Below are positions 42,532 through 51,250 of a stretch of 64,000 nucleotides of DNA, piece by piece. Origin of the DNA: Pirellulales bacterium (GTDB lineage Bacteria > Planctomycetota > Planctomycetia > Pirellulales > UBA1268). Position numbers and translations under genes: made by a program. Below the pieces are notes generated by a model. The model made no database searches and was not told the DNA's origin. It saw only the letters and a program-made list of their open reading frames with translations. The stretch's first letter is position 1; each line of letters opens with the position of its first letter. The DNA is taken from assembly GCA_044370415.1 (NCBI GenBank), contig JBILVO010000002.1, positions 14,157 through 78,156 on the forward strand. Direction: 5' to 3'.

Positions 42532-44040
42532 TCACACCGCGGCGAGGGCGGCGCGCACGCCGGTCGTGCAGATCGCGGCCACGTGCGCGGCCACAGCCTC
42601 GTCGATGCCGGGGAGCGACGTGGCGAGGTCGCTGCCCCACAGCGACGCGTCTCCCAGGAGCGGCGCGACGACCGCGCGAGCCGCGGCCGGGGCGAGCGGC
42701 CCGCGCCCATGACCCGACCAGGCGGCGTGCAGCGCGTGCAGGGCCGCGGGCTCGTCCCGCACCGCGAGCGTGGCCGCGGTATCCGGCGTTGTGACCCTGT
42801 CCGCGCCGGCGGCGCGGCATGACGCGATCACCGCGGCCAGCGCGAACGTGAGCCGGCGGGGCGGTCGCCCCCACGCCCGCTGCCGATCCTCGGCCGCGCC
42901 GAGCAGCCGCGTGCGGAACTTGCTCGTGGAGTTGAGCGCGATGTCGTCGAGCCGGTGCCGCAGGAAGGGGTTGCGGAAGCGTTCGAACACCGACTGCGTG
43001 AACGCGTCGAGATCCGCCGCCGGCAGGTGGAGCGTGGGCAGGATCTCCTCGGTGAGGGCAGCCTCGAGAAACCCGCGGATCTGCATGTCGGCCATGCAGT
43101 CGGAGACGGTCGCGAGGCCCGCCAGGCGACCGACGGCCGCGGCCATCGTGTGCGTGCCGTTCAAGATTCGCACCTTCCGTTCGCGATACGGCGCGACGTC
43201 GTCGGTCCACACCACGTCGAGCCCCGCCCGCCCCAGTGGCAGCTCATCCTCCAGGCCGCCGCGCGTGCCTATCACCCACGAGTGGTAGGGCTCGGCGGCG
43301 ACGAGCAGCCGATCATCCCAGCCGATCTCCGCAGGGATCCGCGGGGCGTCCTCCGTGGGGTAGCCGGTGACGATCCGGTCGACGAGCGTGTCGACGAACC
43401 GGCACGCCGAGTCGAGCCAGTCGAGAAACGCGGGCTCGAGCCGCCAGCGTCGCGCGGTGTCTGTCACGGCCTGCCGCAGGGCGTCGCCGTTGCGCTCGAC
43501 GAGCTCGCAGGGCAGCATGATCCAGCCGCGGGCGGGGTCGCCGTCGAAGTGGCGAAACCGCGCGTGGAGCAGCTGCGTCAGCTTGGCCGGGAACGATGCC
43601 GCGGGGCGGGCGTCGGGAGCATCGTCCGGGTCGAGCCGGATGCCGGCCTCGGTGGTGTTCGACACCACGAACCGCGTGTCGGGATTGAGCCCGCAGCGGA
43701 GGAAGCCGGCGAAGTCGGCGTATGGGTCGATGCACCGCGTGACGCTCGACACGAGTTCGCGGGAGTCGACGGTCCGGCCCTGGTGGAGGCCGCGGAGAGC
43801 GACGGTGTAGAGGCCGTCCTGCTCGTTGATCAGGCCCGCGTTGCCGTGGGGCAGCGGCTGGATGAGCACGGCCGTCCCGTGGAACAGGCCGGCCCGGTTC
43901 ATCCGCTCGAGCATCCAGTCGACGAACGCCCGCAGAAAGTTGCCCTCGCCGAACTGGAGCACCTTCTCGGGGAGCGTCTGCCGCCGCGCGGCGGCGTGTG
44001 CCGAGAGCTGCGGCGGGCGGCGGGGCAGGGGAGCGGTCAC
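42532..44040 (-). CDS. uxaB: Tagaturonate reductase (altronate oxidoreductase), mannitol dehydrogenase family
   Basis: Motifs LQFGEGNFLRAFVDWM and RFVVSNTTEAGI. The ORF is 42532..44175. The true start is likely GTG at 44040, because the upstream part is Arg/Pro junk and UxaB proteins start ~25 aa before the QFGEGNFLRAF motif. Confidence 0.85.
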   Translation of the reverse strand: MTAPLPRRPPQLSAHAAARRQTLPEKVLQFGEGNFLRAFVDWMLERMNRAGLFHGTAVLIQPLPHGNAGLINEQDGLYTVALRGLHQGRTVDSRELVSSVTRCIDPYADFAGFLRCGLNPDTRFVVSNTTEAGIRLDPDDAPDARPAASFPAKLTQLLHARFRHFDGDPARGWIMLPCELVERNGDALRQAVTDTARRWRLEPAFLDWLDSACRFVDTLVDRIVTGYPTEDAPRIPAEIGWDDRLLVAAEPYHSWVIGTRGGLEDELPLGRAGLDVVWTDDVAPYRERKVRILNGTHTMAAAVGRLAGLATVSDCMADMQIRGFLEAALTEEILPTLHLPAADLDAFTQSVFERFRNPFLRHRLDDIALNSTSKFRTRLLGAAEDRQRAWGRPPRRLTFALAAVIASCRAAGADRVTTPDTAATLAVRDEPAALHALHAAWSGHGRGPLAPAAARAVVAPLLGDASLWGSDLATSLPGIDEAVAAHVAAICTTGVRAALAAV

Positions 44041-44114
44041 GGGGCGATGCCTGAACCTTCGTGCCTGATGCCGGCTATCTGGCCGGTGCAGAGACGCCGC
44101 GGGGAACGGGCCGG

Positions 44115-44738
44115 TCAGCTCCGCGGGGCTTCGCCGTCGAGCGCGACGCGGATCGCCTCGCGTGCCGCCCGCCAACGCGACTTCACCGTCCGCTCGGAGC
44201 AGCCCATGAGGCCGGCGATCGTCTTCTGGTCGCAGCCGAGGTACCAGACGAGGTGAAACACCTCGCGCTCGTCGTCGGGCAGAGCGGCGATCGCCTCATG
44301 GAAAAGCGTCCAACGGTCGAGGCTGGCATCCTCGGCGGGGCTGTGGTCGATGTAGTGCGCGGCGGTGCCGTCGACGACGCCACGGGGCATGACGTTGGTG
44401 CCGTGGTTGGCGGCGTACGAGGCGGGGCCGGCGTGCCGTCGGGCCAGGTCGATCAGCTCGCGGTGCAGCTGCGTCGCGGCGAGGGCCATGATCGACCGCG
44501 GCGAGTCGAGCGTGAGCGCGCCGAGCGCGCGATGAAGCCGCATGGCGGCGTTCTGGAAGACGTCGTCGGTATCTTCCCAGCGACGGACAGTCGGATAGCG
44601 GCCGAGCATCCGGTGGGCGAGGCGGCGGAGCCGCTCGCTGCAGAGCTCGATGATCCGGTTGCGAGCGGAAAGATCGCCGGCGGCGAGCCGCTCGAGGCAG
44701 GCGGCGAGCTCCGGTGATTCGTGGTCGGCGGCGTCCAT
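44115..44738 (-). CDS. ECF-type sigma-70 family RNA polymerase sigma factor
   Basis: ATG at 44738 (MDAADHES...). Region 2-like DDVFQNAAMRLHRAL. Region 4: EREVFHLVWYLGCDQKTIAGLMGCSERTVKSRW. Confidence 0.85.
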   Translation of the reverse strand: MDAADHESPELAACLERLAAGDLSARNRIIELCSERLRRLAHRMLGRYPTVRRWEDTDDVFQNAAMRLHRALGALTLDSPRSIMALAATQLHRELIDLARRHAGPASYAANHGTNVMPRGVVDGTAAHYIDHSPAEDASLDRWTLFHEAIAALPDDEREVFHLVWYLGCDQKTIAGLMGCSERTVKSRWRAAREAIRVALDGEAPRS

Positions 44739-45135
44739 GGGTCGCCCTCTGCGTGCGCCGCCGCGATGGGCGACAGACACTCCCAAGCACTCTGAGGAAA
44801 GAGTCTACCGCAGCCGGGTGCCCTGTGGAGGGGGGCTCTCCGACTTTGGGGCTGGCTGAGGAAAGGGTCCTGCACGGTCTTTCCACTCGGTGCCTCCGCC
44901 TCCTGTGGCGGATGACCGTACCCACGGCCAGCGAGGGCGGATTTGAGCGCGCCGGGATCGGCGTCGGCGTCAGCGGGCGGCGGTGAGGCGGCAGCGTAGC
45001 GTGCGCACGCCCTTTTGCACGGTGATGGGGAGCTTCCACCAGAGCATGTGCGCCCCTGGCACAAGGCATCGGGTTCACCGAGCACCATCCGCGACTCGAT
45101 CGCGGCCGCGAGGCGGGCTCGGCGGCCCGGCGTCG

Positions 45136-46041
45136 CTACGACGCGAACAAGGGCGCGAGATTTCGGTGGCAGGCCTCGGCCGCCGCGAACGGGTCGTAGC
45201 CCGGTTGCCGCCAGATCTGGCCGCTGACCTCACAGCAGTAGTCGCCCGCGTAGCCCGTGGCCTCGAGCGCCCGGCGGATCGCGGCATGATCGACCGACCC
45301 GTTCGCGCCGGGCAACGCGAAGGAGACCTTGCCGTCCGCCATGACCGCGTCCTTGAGGGCGACATATGCCACGAGCCCCTCTGCCTGCCGCACGGTCTCC
45401 TCGATGGAGAGGTCGCGGTAGGCGTAATGGCTGTAGTCGTAGACGATCCGCAGCTGCTCGGGTGACCCCAGCTGCTCGAGCAGCCACGCGGCCTGGCCGG
45501 GGGTCGACATCGCGCCGAACCGATGGGGCTTGATGGCGACGGTGCCGCCCTGGTCCCGGGCGAGGTCGACCCATGCGCCCAAGCGATCGCGGAAGGTGCC
45601 GCGGACCTGCTCCCAGACGCCCCCTCCGAGCACCGTCTGCACGAGCGGCCGCTTGCCACGGGTGAGATCGCGACCGAGTTCCAGGGATTGCCGGAGCCTG
45701 TCGAGCGCCGCGCGGGCGCGGCCCTCGTCCACCTGGGGCGGCAGGTCCTCCATCACGGCCACGAGCCGCAGGCCTCCGTCCTCGAGCAGTCCCGCTGCGG
45801 TCCGCCTGCGTTCGGCAGTGATCCGGGACGGCTCGCTGTCCCACTCCGGGATGGCGCAGCACTCGAAGCCGCCGAACCCGATCGCCGCGATGCGGCGGAT
45901 TGCGTCCTCGAGCGGCACCGACTTCATGCCGTAGTTGCCAATGGCCAGCCGCGGCGTGCGCGTCGGTTTCTCCTGAGCCCCAGCCCGCAGCGCGAAAGCG
46001 ATTCCGCCACCCATCGCCAGCAGTGCATCACGACGTTGCAT
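45136..46041 (-). CDS. Tat-signal sugar-phosphate isomerase/epimerase (xylose-isomerase-like TIM barrel)
   Basis: ATG at 46041 gives MQRRDALLAMGGGIAFALRAGA, a twin-arginine signal. The TIM-barrel-like pattern includes GFGGFEC, VAIKPH and YDYSHY. Confidence 0.75.
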   Translation of the reverse strand: MQRRDALLAMGGGIAFALRAGAQEKPTRTPRLAIGNYGMKSVPLEDAIRRIAAIGFGGFECCAIPEWDSEPSRITAERRRTAAGLLEDGGLRLVAVMEDLPPQVDEGRARAALDRLRQSLELGRDLTRGKRPLVQTVLGGGVWEQVRGTFRDRLGAWVDLARDQGGTVAIKPHRFGAMSTPGQAAWLLEQLGSPEQLRIVYDYSHYAYRDLSIEETVRQAEGLVAYVALKDAVMADGKVSFALPGANGSVDHAAIRRALEATGYAGDYCCEVSGQIWRQPGYDPFAAAEACHRNLAPLFAS

Positions 46042-46373
46042 CGATCCAGGCCTCCATCGCGGGTGGCGATCGGCTCGCGCCACTGGCCGGCAGTGTAGGG
46101 CAGGAATGGCTGCGGCTACCAGCGCCCGGCAAGACCCTCAGTGGCGGAGAACACCACAGCCGCCGGCCGCCCTCGCTTCCGTGTCTTGCGTCGGTCGAGG
46201 CGGCCCAAGGTCCCCAAATCGCGTTCGCGAGGGCGGTTGGCCGACTGGTGTGGCCGCCTGTGAAAAATCGCCACGGATTCTGTTGCCCCTCGGGGCCGTT
46301 TCTCTCGCTAACCCTAATGGCACGGCGGCCTGCGTCGCAGGGCAGTCGGCTTGCCTGGCGTAAGCCTGAAGTG

Positions 46374-46414
46374 CTGGCCTGACATGTGTGCCTGGCATGT
46401 GTGTCTGGCATGCC
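46374..46414. repeat. 13-bp tandem repeat CTGGCATGTGTGT, about 3 copies
   Basis: Read directly: ctggcctgacatgtgtgc / ctggcatgtgtgt / ctggcatgcc. Confidence 0.8.
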
Positions 46415-46561
46415 GCAAGGCGTGGCGACTACGGAGTCCAATGTGGCAGGGACGCAGCGACAGGGCGAAGCACCCCATCGACTGCGTGGCTGGCGAAAAA
46501 GTGTCCACAGGAAACTGGGGAGAGCACGGTGTCGAGCCAAGATCCTGCGAAGGGCTGCGTT

Positions 46562-46606
46562 GAGCTGTGGTGGGCGAGCGAGCTGTGTTGAGAGCTGTGT
46601 TGAGAG
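46562..46606. repeat. 12-bp tandem repeat GAGCTGTGTTGA (2 exact copies at 46580-46603 plus degenerate flanking copies)
   Basis: Read directly: gagctgtggtgg gcgagc gagctgtgttga gagctgtgttga gag. Confidence 0.8.
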
Positions 46607-46655
46607 AGGAAGTGCGGCCGGTGCCGCACGGGCGGAAGGATTGCCGAGGAGACAG

Positions 46656-46988
46656 ATGACCTACCACAGAATCCTGCGGCTGCCGCCGCACGAGGTCGAT
46701 CCCGTGCAGATCATCTCGGCGGCCTACGTCCAGCTGCGAAGGTGGCGGAGTGGCGAGCTCGACGTGTCGGCAATTGAGCGGCAGCGGCGGGTCAGGCTCA
46801 TCATCGTCGCCCGCGACGCGATGCTGCGTGACGTGCTGGTTGGCCGGGGATCGACGAGGCAGTCGCGATCGATGCTCCGCCGGCTGGCACATTCCCGAGC
46901 CTCGTCGTCCGCATCCGGCCGCTCGGCAGCGGCTGCGGGGCGGCGGGAAGGAAGGCAGGGACACGGGTTCGCGGACGGTGTAAACTGA
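46656..46988 (+). CDS. Small (110 aa) protein with an N-terminal YH-x-I/L-x-L-PP-x-E motif, function unknown
   Basis: ATG at 46656 follows GAGGAGACAG, inside ORF 46386..46988. The first ~60 codons have strong G/C third positions. The N-terminus MTYHRILRLPPHEVDPVQIISAAY resembles the YH.WLGIPP.E motif that I recall at the N-termini of many planctomycetal proteins. The C-terminus is low-complexity. Confidence 0.45.
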   Translation: MTYHRILRLPPHEVDPVQIISAAYVQLRRWRSGELDVSAIERQRRVRLIIVARDAMLRDVLVGRGSTRQSRSMLRRLAHSRASSSASGRSAAAAGRREGRQGHGFADGVN

Positions 46989-47012
46989 TGCGGGTTTCCG
47001 TAGCGATCTGCG

Positions 47013-50000
47013 GTGCCGCATCGCATGGCCGAACCGACGCACTGTCCAGCCGACGCAGACCTCCCGTCTGAAGCGTGTCGGGTGGAGGAACTGTCGCTCC
47101 TGACCGGGCTCTCCGAGTCGTTCGGTCTCGATGGGGCATGCATCGTCGATCTGCCGGTCGGCACCGATCTTGGCGGCGTCACGATCGTCCGCCTCCTGGC
47201 TGAGGGAGGCATGGGGCGGGTCTACGAGGGGCGGCAGCGGTCGCCCGACCGCGCCGTGGCTGTGAAGGTGCTGCGGGACGGGCTCGCCTCGCCGACGCTC
47301 GTCAGGCGGTTTGCGCAGGAGGCGCAGGTGCTGGCGCGGCTCAAGCATCCGCACATCGCGCAGGTGCACATGCTCGGCACGTTTCCACACGCGGGTGCCA
47401 CCGTCCCGTTCTTCGTGCTGGAGCTCGTCGACCACGCCCTGCCAATCGATCGATTTGCTCGCGAGCGACAGCTTTCCGTGCGGCAGGTCGTCGCGGTCAT
47501 GAGGAGCGTCGTCGCCGCCGTCGCCCACGGCCATTGCCTGGGCGTCGTGCACCGCGATCTCAAGCCGGGCAACATCCTCGTGGGGGCCGACGGGACGCCG
47601 AAGGTGATCGACTTCGGCGTGGCTCGTTGCACCGGTGCGGATCTGGCCCTGACGACCGCCCACGACGACACTGGTGGGATCGTCGGCACGCTCCGCTACA
47701 TGAGCCCGGAACAGTTCGAGGCTGATGAGTCGGCCATCGATCCGCGTACTGACGTCTACGCGTTGGGGCTGGTGCTGCACGAGGTGTTGACCGGCGAGCT
47801 GCCGTACGAGGTGCGGGGCAAGTCGCTTCCGGCGGCGGCCCAGATCATCCGCGAGCAGGAGCCGCGGGTGGAGGCGCGGATGCGGCAGGCCCTCGCCACG
47901 GCGACTGACGCTGGCGTGGGCGAGGCGGCGACGCTGGCGGCAGTCGTGGAGAAGTGCCTGCATAAACGGCCGGCCGACCGCTACGCCTCGGCGGACGCGC
48001 TCGAGGCGGACCTCGCCCACTGGCTGGCCGGTGAGCCGGTGCTGGCCCGGCCCCTCGGCCGCCTCGCACGCTGCCGGCGCTGGCTGGGGCGGCACCGGAC
48101 CGGTGTGATCGCGGCCACGGTCGCGATGGCGGCGGTGGGCGTCGCCGCGGCGAGCGTGGCCTTTCTGTCGCGAGCCGAGCTGCGGCAGCGGCTCGTCGCC
48201 GAGCGGCACCGCGAGGCCGCCGTTGAGCAGCAGGTGCGGGCGGACATCGAAAAGGCACACGCGAAGGTGTGGCAGGCGGAGGAAGCCCGCACACGCGGCA
48301 ACACCGTGCTGGCCAGGAGCCTCGTCGCCGAGGCGGTCGCAACGCGGCCGGGGGGGCCGCCGCCGATCGAAATCACCGTGCTGTCGGCGCTGCTTGACGA
48401 CGTGGACGGGGTCGACGAGTCGCTGGCAGTGCTGCGGGGCCATGCCGATCTGGTGACGAGCGTGGCCGCCACGGTTGAGGGACGCCGCGTGGCGACTGGA
48501 TCGAAGGATCGCACCGCCCGGCTCTGGGGCGTGGACGACGCCGGTTGCTGGACGCAGACGCACCTTCTCGAGGGGCATCGGGCGGCGATCTGGGGCGTCG
48601 CGATCTCGCCCGACGGCACGCGGGTGGCGACCGCCGCGGCCGACCGCACCGCGCGGCTCTGGGATGCCCGCGATGGGGCGTCCCTGGCGACGCTCGCCGG
48701 CCACCACAAGCCGGTGTACGGTGTCGCCTTCGCGGCCGACGGCGGGCTCGTCGCCACTGCGTCGGGCGACCGCACGGCCCGGCTGTGGAGCGTGGACGGC
48801 GAGCCTCGCGGGGAACTGGCAGGCCATGGCGACACCGTGTTCGGCGTCGCCTTCTCGCCCGACGGCCGGCTGCTGGCCACGGGGGCGGGCGATCGTACGG
48901 TGCGGCTGTGGGACGTGGCGACCCGTGAGCAGCGAGCCATGTTCGTGGGCCACGAGCAGCGGGTCTTCAACGTCGCCTTCTCGCCCGACGGCGGGCGGCT
49001 CGCGTCGTCGTCGGAGGACGGCACGGTGCGTGTGTGGCACGTCGCCTCCGGCGACGTCGCGGCGACGCTGCGGCATCCGCAGCGGGTCAACGCCGCCGTG
49101 TTCACCGCCGACGGGACGCGGATCGCCGCGGCGTCGGTCGACGGCGCGGTGCACATCTGGGATGCCCGCTCCGGACGCGAGACGGGCCGGCTGCGCGGTC
49201 ACGCCGACGGCATCTGGTCGGTGACGGCGCTGGCCGACGGCCGGATCGTCACCGGCGGGGCCGATGCGACGGCGCGGGTCTGGGACGCCGACGCTTCCGC
49301 CGAGCCGCTCGTGCGGTGCTCGAGCCGCGTGCAGGGAGTGGCGATCTCACCCGATGGCCGGCTGCTCGCCACCGCGCTGTCGGAGGGTGGCGTGCGGCTC
49401 TGGGACGCGTCGACGCTGCGGGAGATCCGGCAGGTTTCCGTGGCCGCCGGCCGCGTGAACGCGATCGAGTTCTCGGCCGACGGGGCACGGCTGATCGCCG
49501 CCTGCCACGACGGCGCGGTGCGGCAATTTCGCGTGACCGACGCCGCGGCCACCGGTGGAAGCGAGCCGACCGGGAGGCCGATCTACGCGGCGACGTACGC
49601 ACCCGACGGCGGCCGCGTCGCCACCGCGGGTGACGACCGACGGGTGCGGATCTTCGACGCGGTGACATGGGCCGAGGTGGCCGGGCCCTTCACGCACCCC
49701 GATCGGGCGCTGGCCGTGGCCTGGTCGCGCGACGGCCGCAGGCTGGCGACCGGCTGCGCCGACGAGATCGTGCGGCTGTGGGATGTCGCCGCGGGGACAG
49801 ACGGCGGCGCCGGGCAGCCGCTCCTGCTGGAAGGGCATGCCGCCGCGGTGAACTGGGTCGTGTTCTCGCCCGACGGCGGACGGCTGGCGACCGCGTCATC
49901 CGACGCCACTGTCCGGATCTGGGATGCTGTCACCGGCAGACACCTGGCGGTGCTCGACGGCGCGGTGGGACAGGTCTGGGAGGTCGCGTTCTCTCCCGAC

Positions 50001-50225
50001 GGCACGCGGCTCGGCGGCGTCGGTGCCGACCGCCGGCTCCACCTCTGGGAAACCGCCGGTGGCCGGCATCTGGTGGCGTTCGACGGGCATGCCGACGAGG
50101 TGTGGGCGATCGCGTTCGCGCCGGATGACGCCGCGATCCTCACCGGGTCGTGGGACGGTACGGCGCGGCTGTGGGGCCGTTCGGCGGCCGAGTTGCAGCG
50201 TGGCCGGGCTGCGGCGGCGCGGTAG
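47013..50225 (+). CDS. Ser/Thr protein kinase - TM - 14x WD40 (two predicted 7-bladed propellers)
   Basis: Hanks kinase motifs GGMGRVYEG, AVKVL, HRDLKPGNIL, DFG and GTLRYMSPEQ. One TM segment (VIAATVAMAAVGVAAASVAFL). Then 14 repeats of the type GH...V..VAFSPDG..LAT...D.T.RLWD. The start is GTG 47013 or ATG 47025. Confidence 0.9.
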   Translation: MPHRMAEPTHCPADADLPSEACRVEELSLLTGLSESFGLDGACIVDLPVGTDLGGVTIVRLLAEGGMGRVYEGRQRSPDRAVAVKVLRDGLASPTLVRRFAQEAQVLARLKHPHIAQVHMLGTFPHAGATVPFFVLELVDHALPIDRFARERQLSVRQVVAVMRSVVAAVAHGHCLGVVHRDLKPGNILVGADGTPKVIDFGVARCTGADLALTTAHDDTGGIVGTLRYMSPEQFEADESAIDPRTDVYALGLVLHEVLTGELPYEVRGKSLPAAAQIIREQEPRVEARMRQALATATDAGVGEAATLAAVVEKCLHKRPADRYASADALEADLAHWLAGEPVLARPLGRLARCRRWLGRHRTGVIAATVAMAAVGVAAASVAFLSRAELRQRLVAERHREAAVEQQVRADIEKAHAKVWQAEEARTRGNTVLARSLVAEAVATRPGGPPPIEITVLSALLDDVDGVDESLAVLRGHADLVTSVAATVEGRRVATGSKDRTARLWGVDDAGCWTQTHLLEGHRAAIWGVAISPDGTRVATAAADRTARLWDARDGASLATLAGHHKPVYGVAFAADGGLVATASGDRTARLWSVDGEPRGELAGHGDTVFGVAFSPDGRLLATGAGDRTVRLWDVATREQRAMFVGHEQRVFNVAFSPDGGRLASSSEDGTVRVWHVASGDVAATLRHPQRVNAAVFTADGTRIAAASVDGAVHIWDARSGRETGRLRGHADGIWSVTALADGRIVTGGADATARVWDADASAEPLVRCSSRVQGVAISPDGRLLATALSEGGVRLWDASTLREIRQVSVAAGRVNAIEFSADGARLIAACHDGAVRQFRVTDAAATGGSEPTGRPIYAATYAPDGGRVATAGDDRRVRIFDAVTWAEVAGPFTHPDRALAVAWSRDGRRLATGCADEIVRLWDVAAGTDGGAGQPLLLEGHAAAVNWVVFSPDGGRLATASSDATVRIWDAVTGRHLAVLDGAVGQVWEVAFSPDGTRLGGVGADRRLHLWETAGGRHLVAFDGHADEVWAIAFAPDDAAILTGSWDGTARLWGRSAAELQRGRAAAAR

Positions 50226-50229
50226 CCTG

Positions 50230-51168
50230 TCAGGCCGTCGCGCCGGAGAGCACCTGGCCGAGCGTCTCGGCGAGCACCGCGGCGCTCCGCTTGAGCCCTT
50301 GCGATTCCTTCGGCCACAGCTCGATCTCGAGGGCCTTCTCGGCGCCGGAGCGGCCGACAACCGTGGGCACCGAGATCGCCACGTCGCGGATGCCGTAAGG
50401 GCCGTTGAGCACGGTCGACACGGGCAGCACCCGCTTCGCGTCGAGGGCGATCGCATGGATCACCTCGGCGATCGACACGCCCACGGCGAAGCCTGCGCCG
50501 GTCTTCTTCTTGATCATCTCGGCGCCGGAGGTCTTGGCCCGCTGGAAGACGTCGGCGCCCAGCTTCGGCGTGTAGCCCGGGTACTTCTCGAGCGGCAGGC
50601 CGGCGACGCTCGCGCTGCTCCAGATCGGCACCATGCTGTCGCCATGCTCGCCGATGATCATGGCCTGCACCTGCGTGGCCGGGGCCTTGAGGTTCATGGC
50701 CAGAAGGCTGCGGAAGCGGAGCGTGTCGAGTAGCGTGCCCAGACCGATGACGCGGCCCTTCGGCAGCCCGAGGTCCTTCTCGGCAAGGTAGGTGAGGATG
50801 TCGACGGGGTTGCTGACGACGAGCACGATCGCGTCGGGCCGCATGCCCTTCACTCGGATCGACTCCAGGATCGAGCGGAAGAGCACGACGTTGCGGTTGA
50901 TCAGCGCCAGCCGGCTCTCGTCGGGCTTGCGGCGGAGGCCGGCTGTGATGCAGATCACGTCGGCGTCGGCGAGATCCTCGTAGCCGCCCGCGTGGATCGA
51001 CTGGTCCGCGATCGCCGCGGTGCCGTGGAGCATGTCGAGCGCCTGGCCGTCGGCCAGGTCGGCGTTGGCGTCCACGATCACGATCTCGTGGACGATGCCC
51101 CCGAGCTGCAGCGCGAAGCCCGCGGAGGAGCCCACGATCCCGCCGCCGCCGATGATGCCGACCTTCAT
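50230..51168 (-). CDS. LDH/MDH-family 2-hydroxyacid dehydrogenase (last gene of the microcompartment operon)
   Basis: Motifs MKVGIIGGGGIVGSS, ITAGLRRKPDESRL, VVSNPVD and IGEHGDS. It is convergent with the kinase gene across a 4-bp gap. Confidence 0.9.
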   Translation of the reverse strand: MKVGIIGGGGIVGSSAGFALQLGGIVHEIVIVDANADLADGQALDMLHGTAAIADQSIHAGGYEDLADADVICITAGLRRKPDESRLALINRNVVLFRSILESIRVKGMRPDAIVLVVSNPVDILTYLAEKDLGLPKGRVIGLGTLLDTLRFRSLLAMNLKAPATQVQAMIIGEHGDSMVPIWSSASVAGLPLEKYPGYTPKLGADVFQRAKTSGAEMIKKKTGAGFAVGVSIAEVIHAIALDAKRVLPVSTVLNGPYGIRDVAISVPTVVGRSGAEKALEIELWPKESQGLKRSAAVLAETLGQVLSGATA

Positions 51169-51250
51169 GGTGCCGAACTCCGTGTGCGCCTGTGTCCTGT
51201 GACCGTGTCCCGCGACTGTGTTCTCGGTGTCGGTGCCGCCGCGGTGCGGA

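Noticed and set aside
46314-49202. 962-aa minus-strand ORF opposite the kinase-WD40 gene
   Set aside because: The translation is Arg/Gly/Pro/His-rich with no domains. The plus strand encodes unmistakable Hanks kinase motifs and WD40 repeats. Long open antisense frames are expected in DNA this GC-rich.
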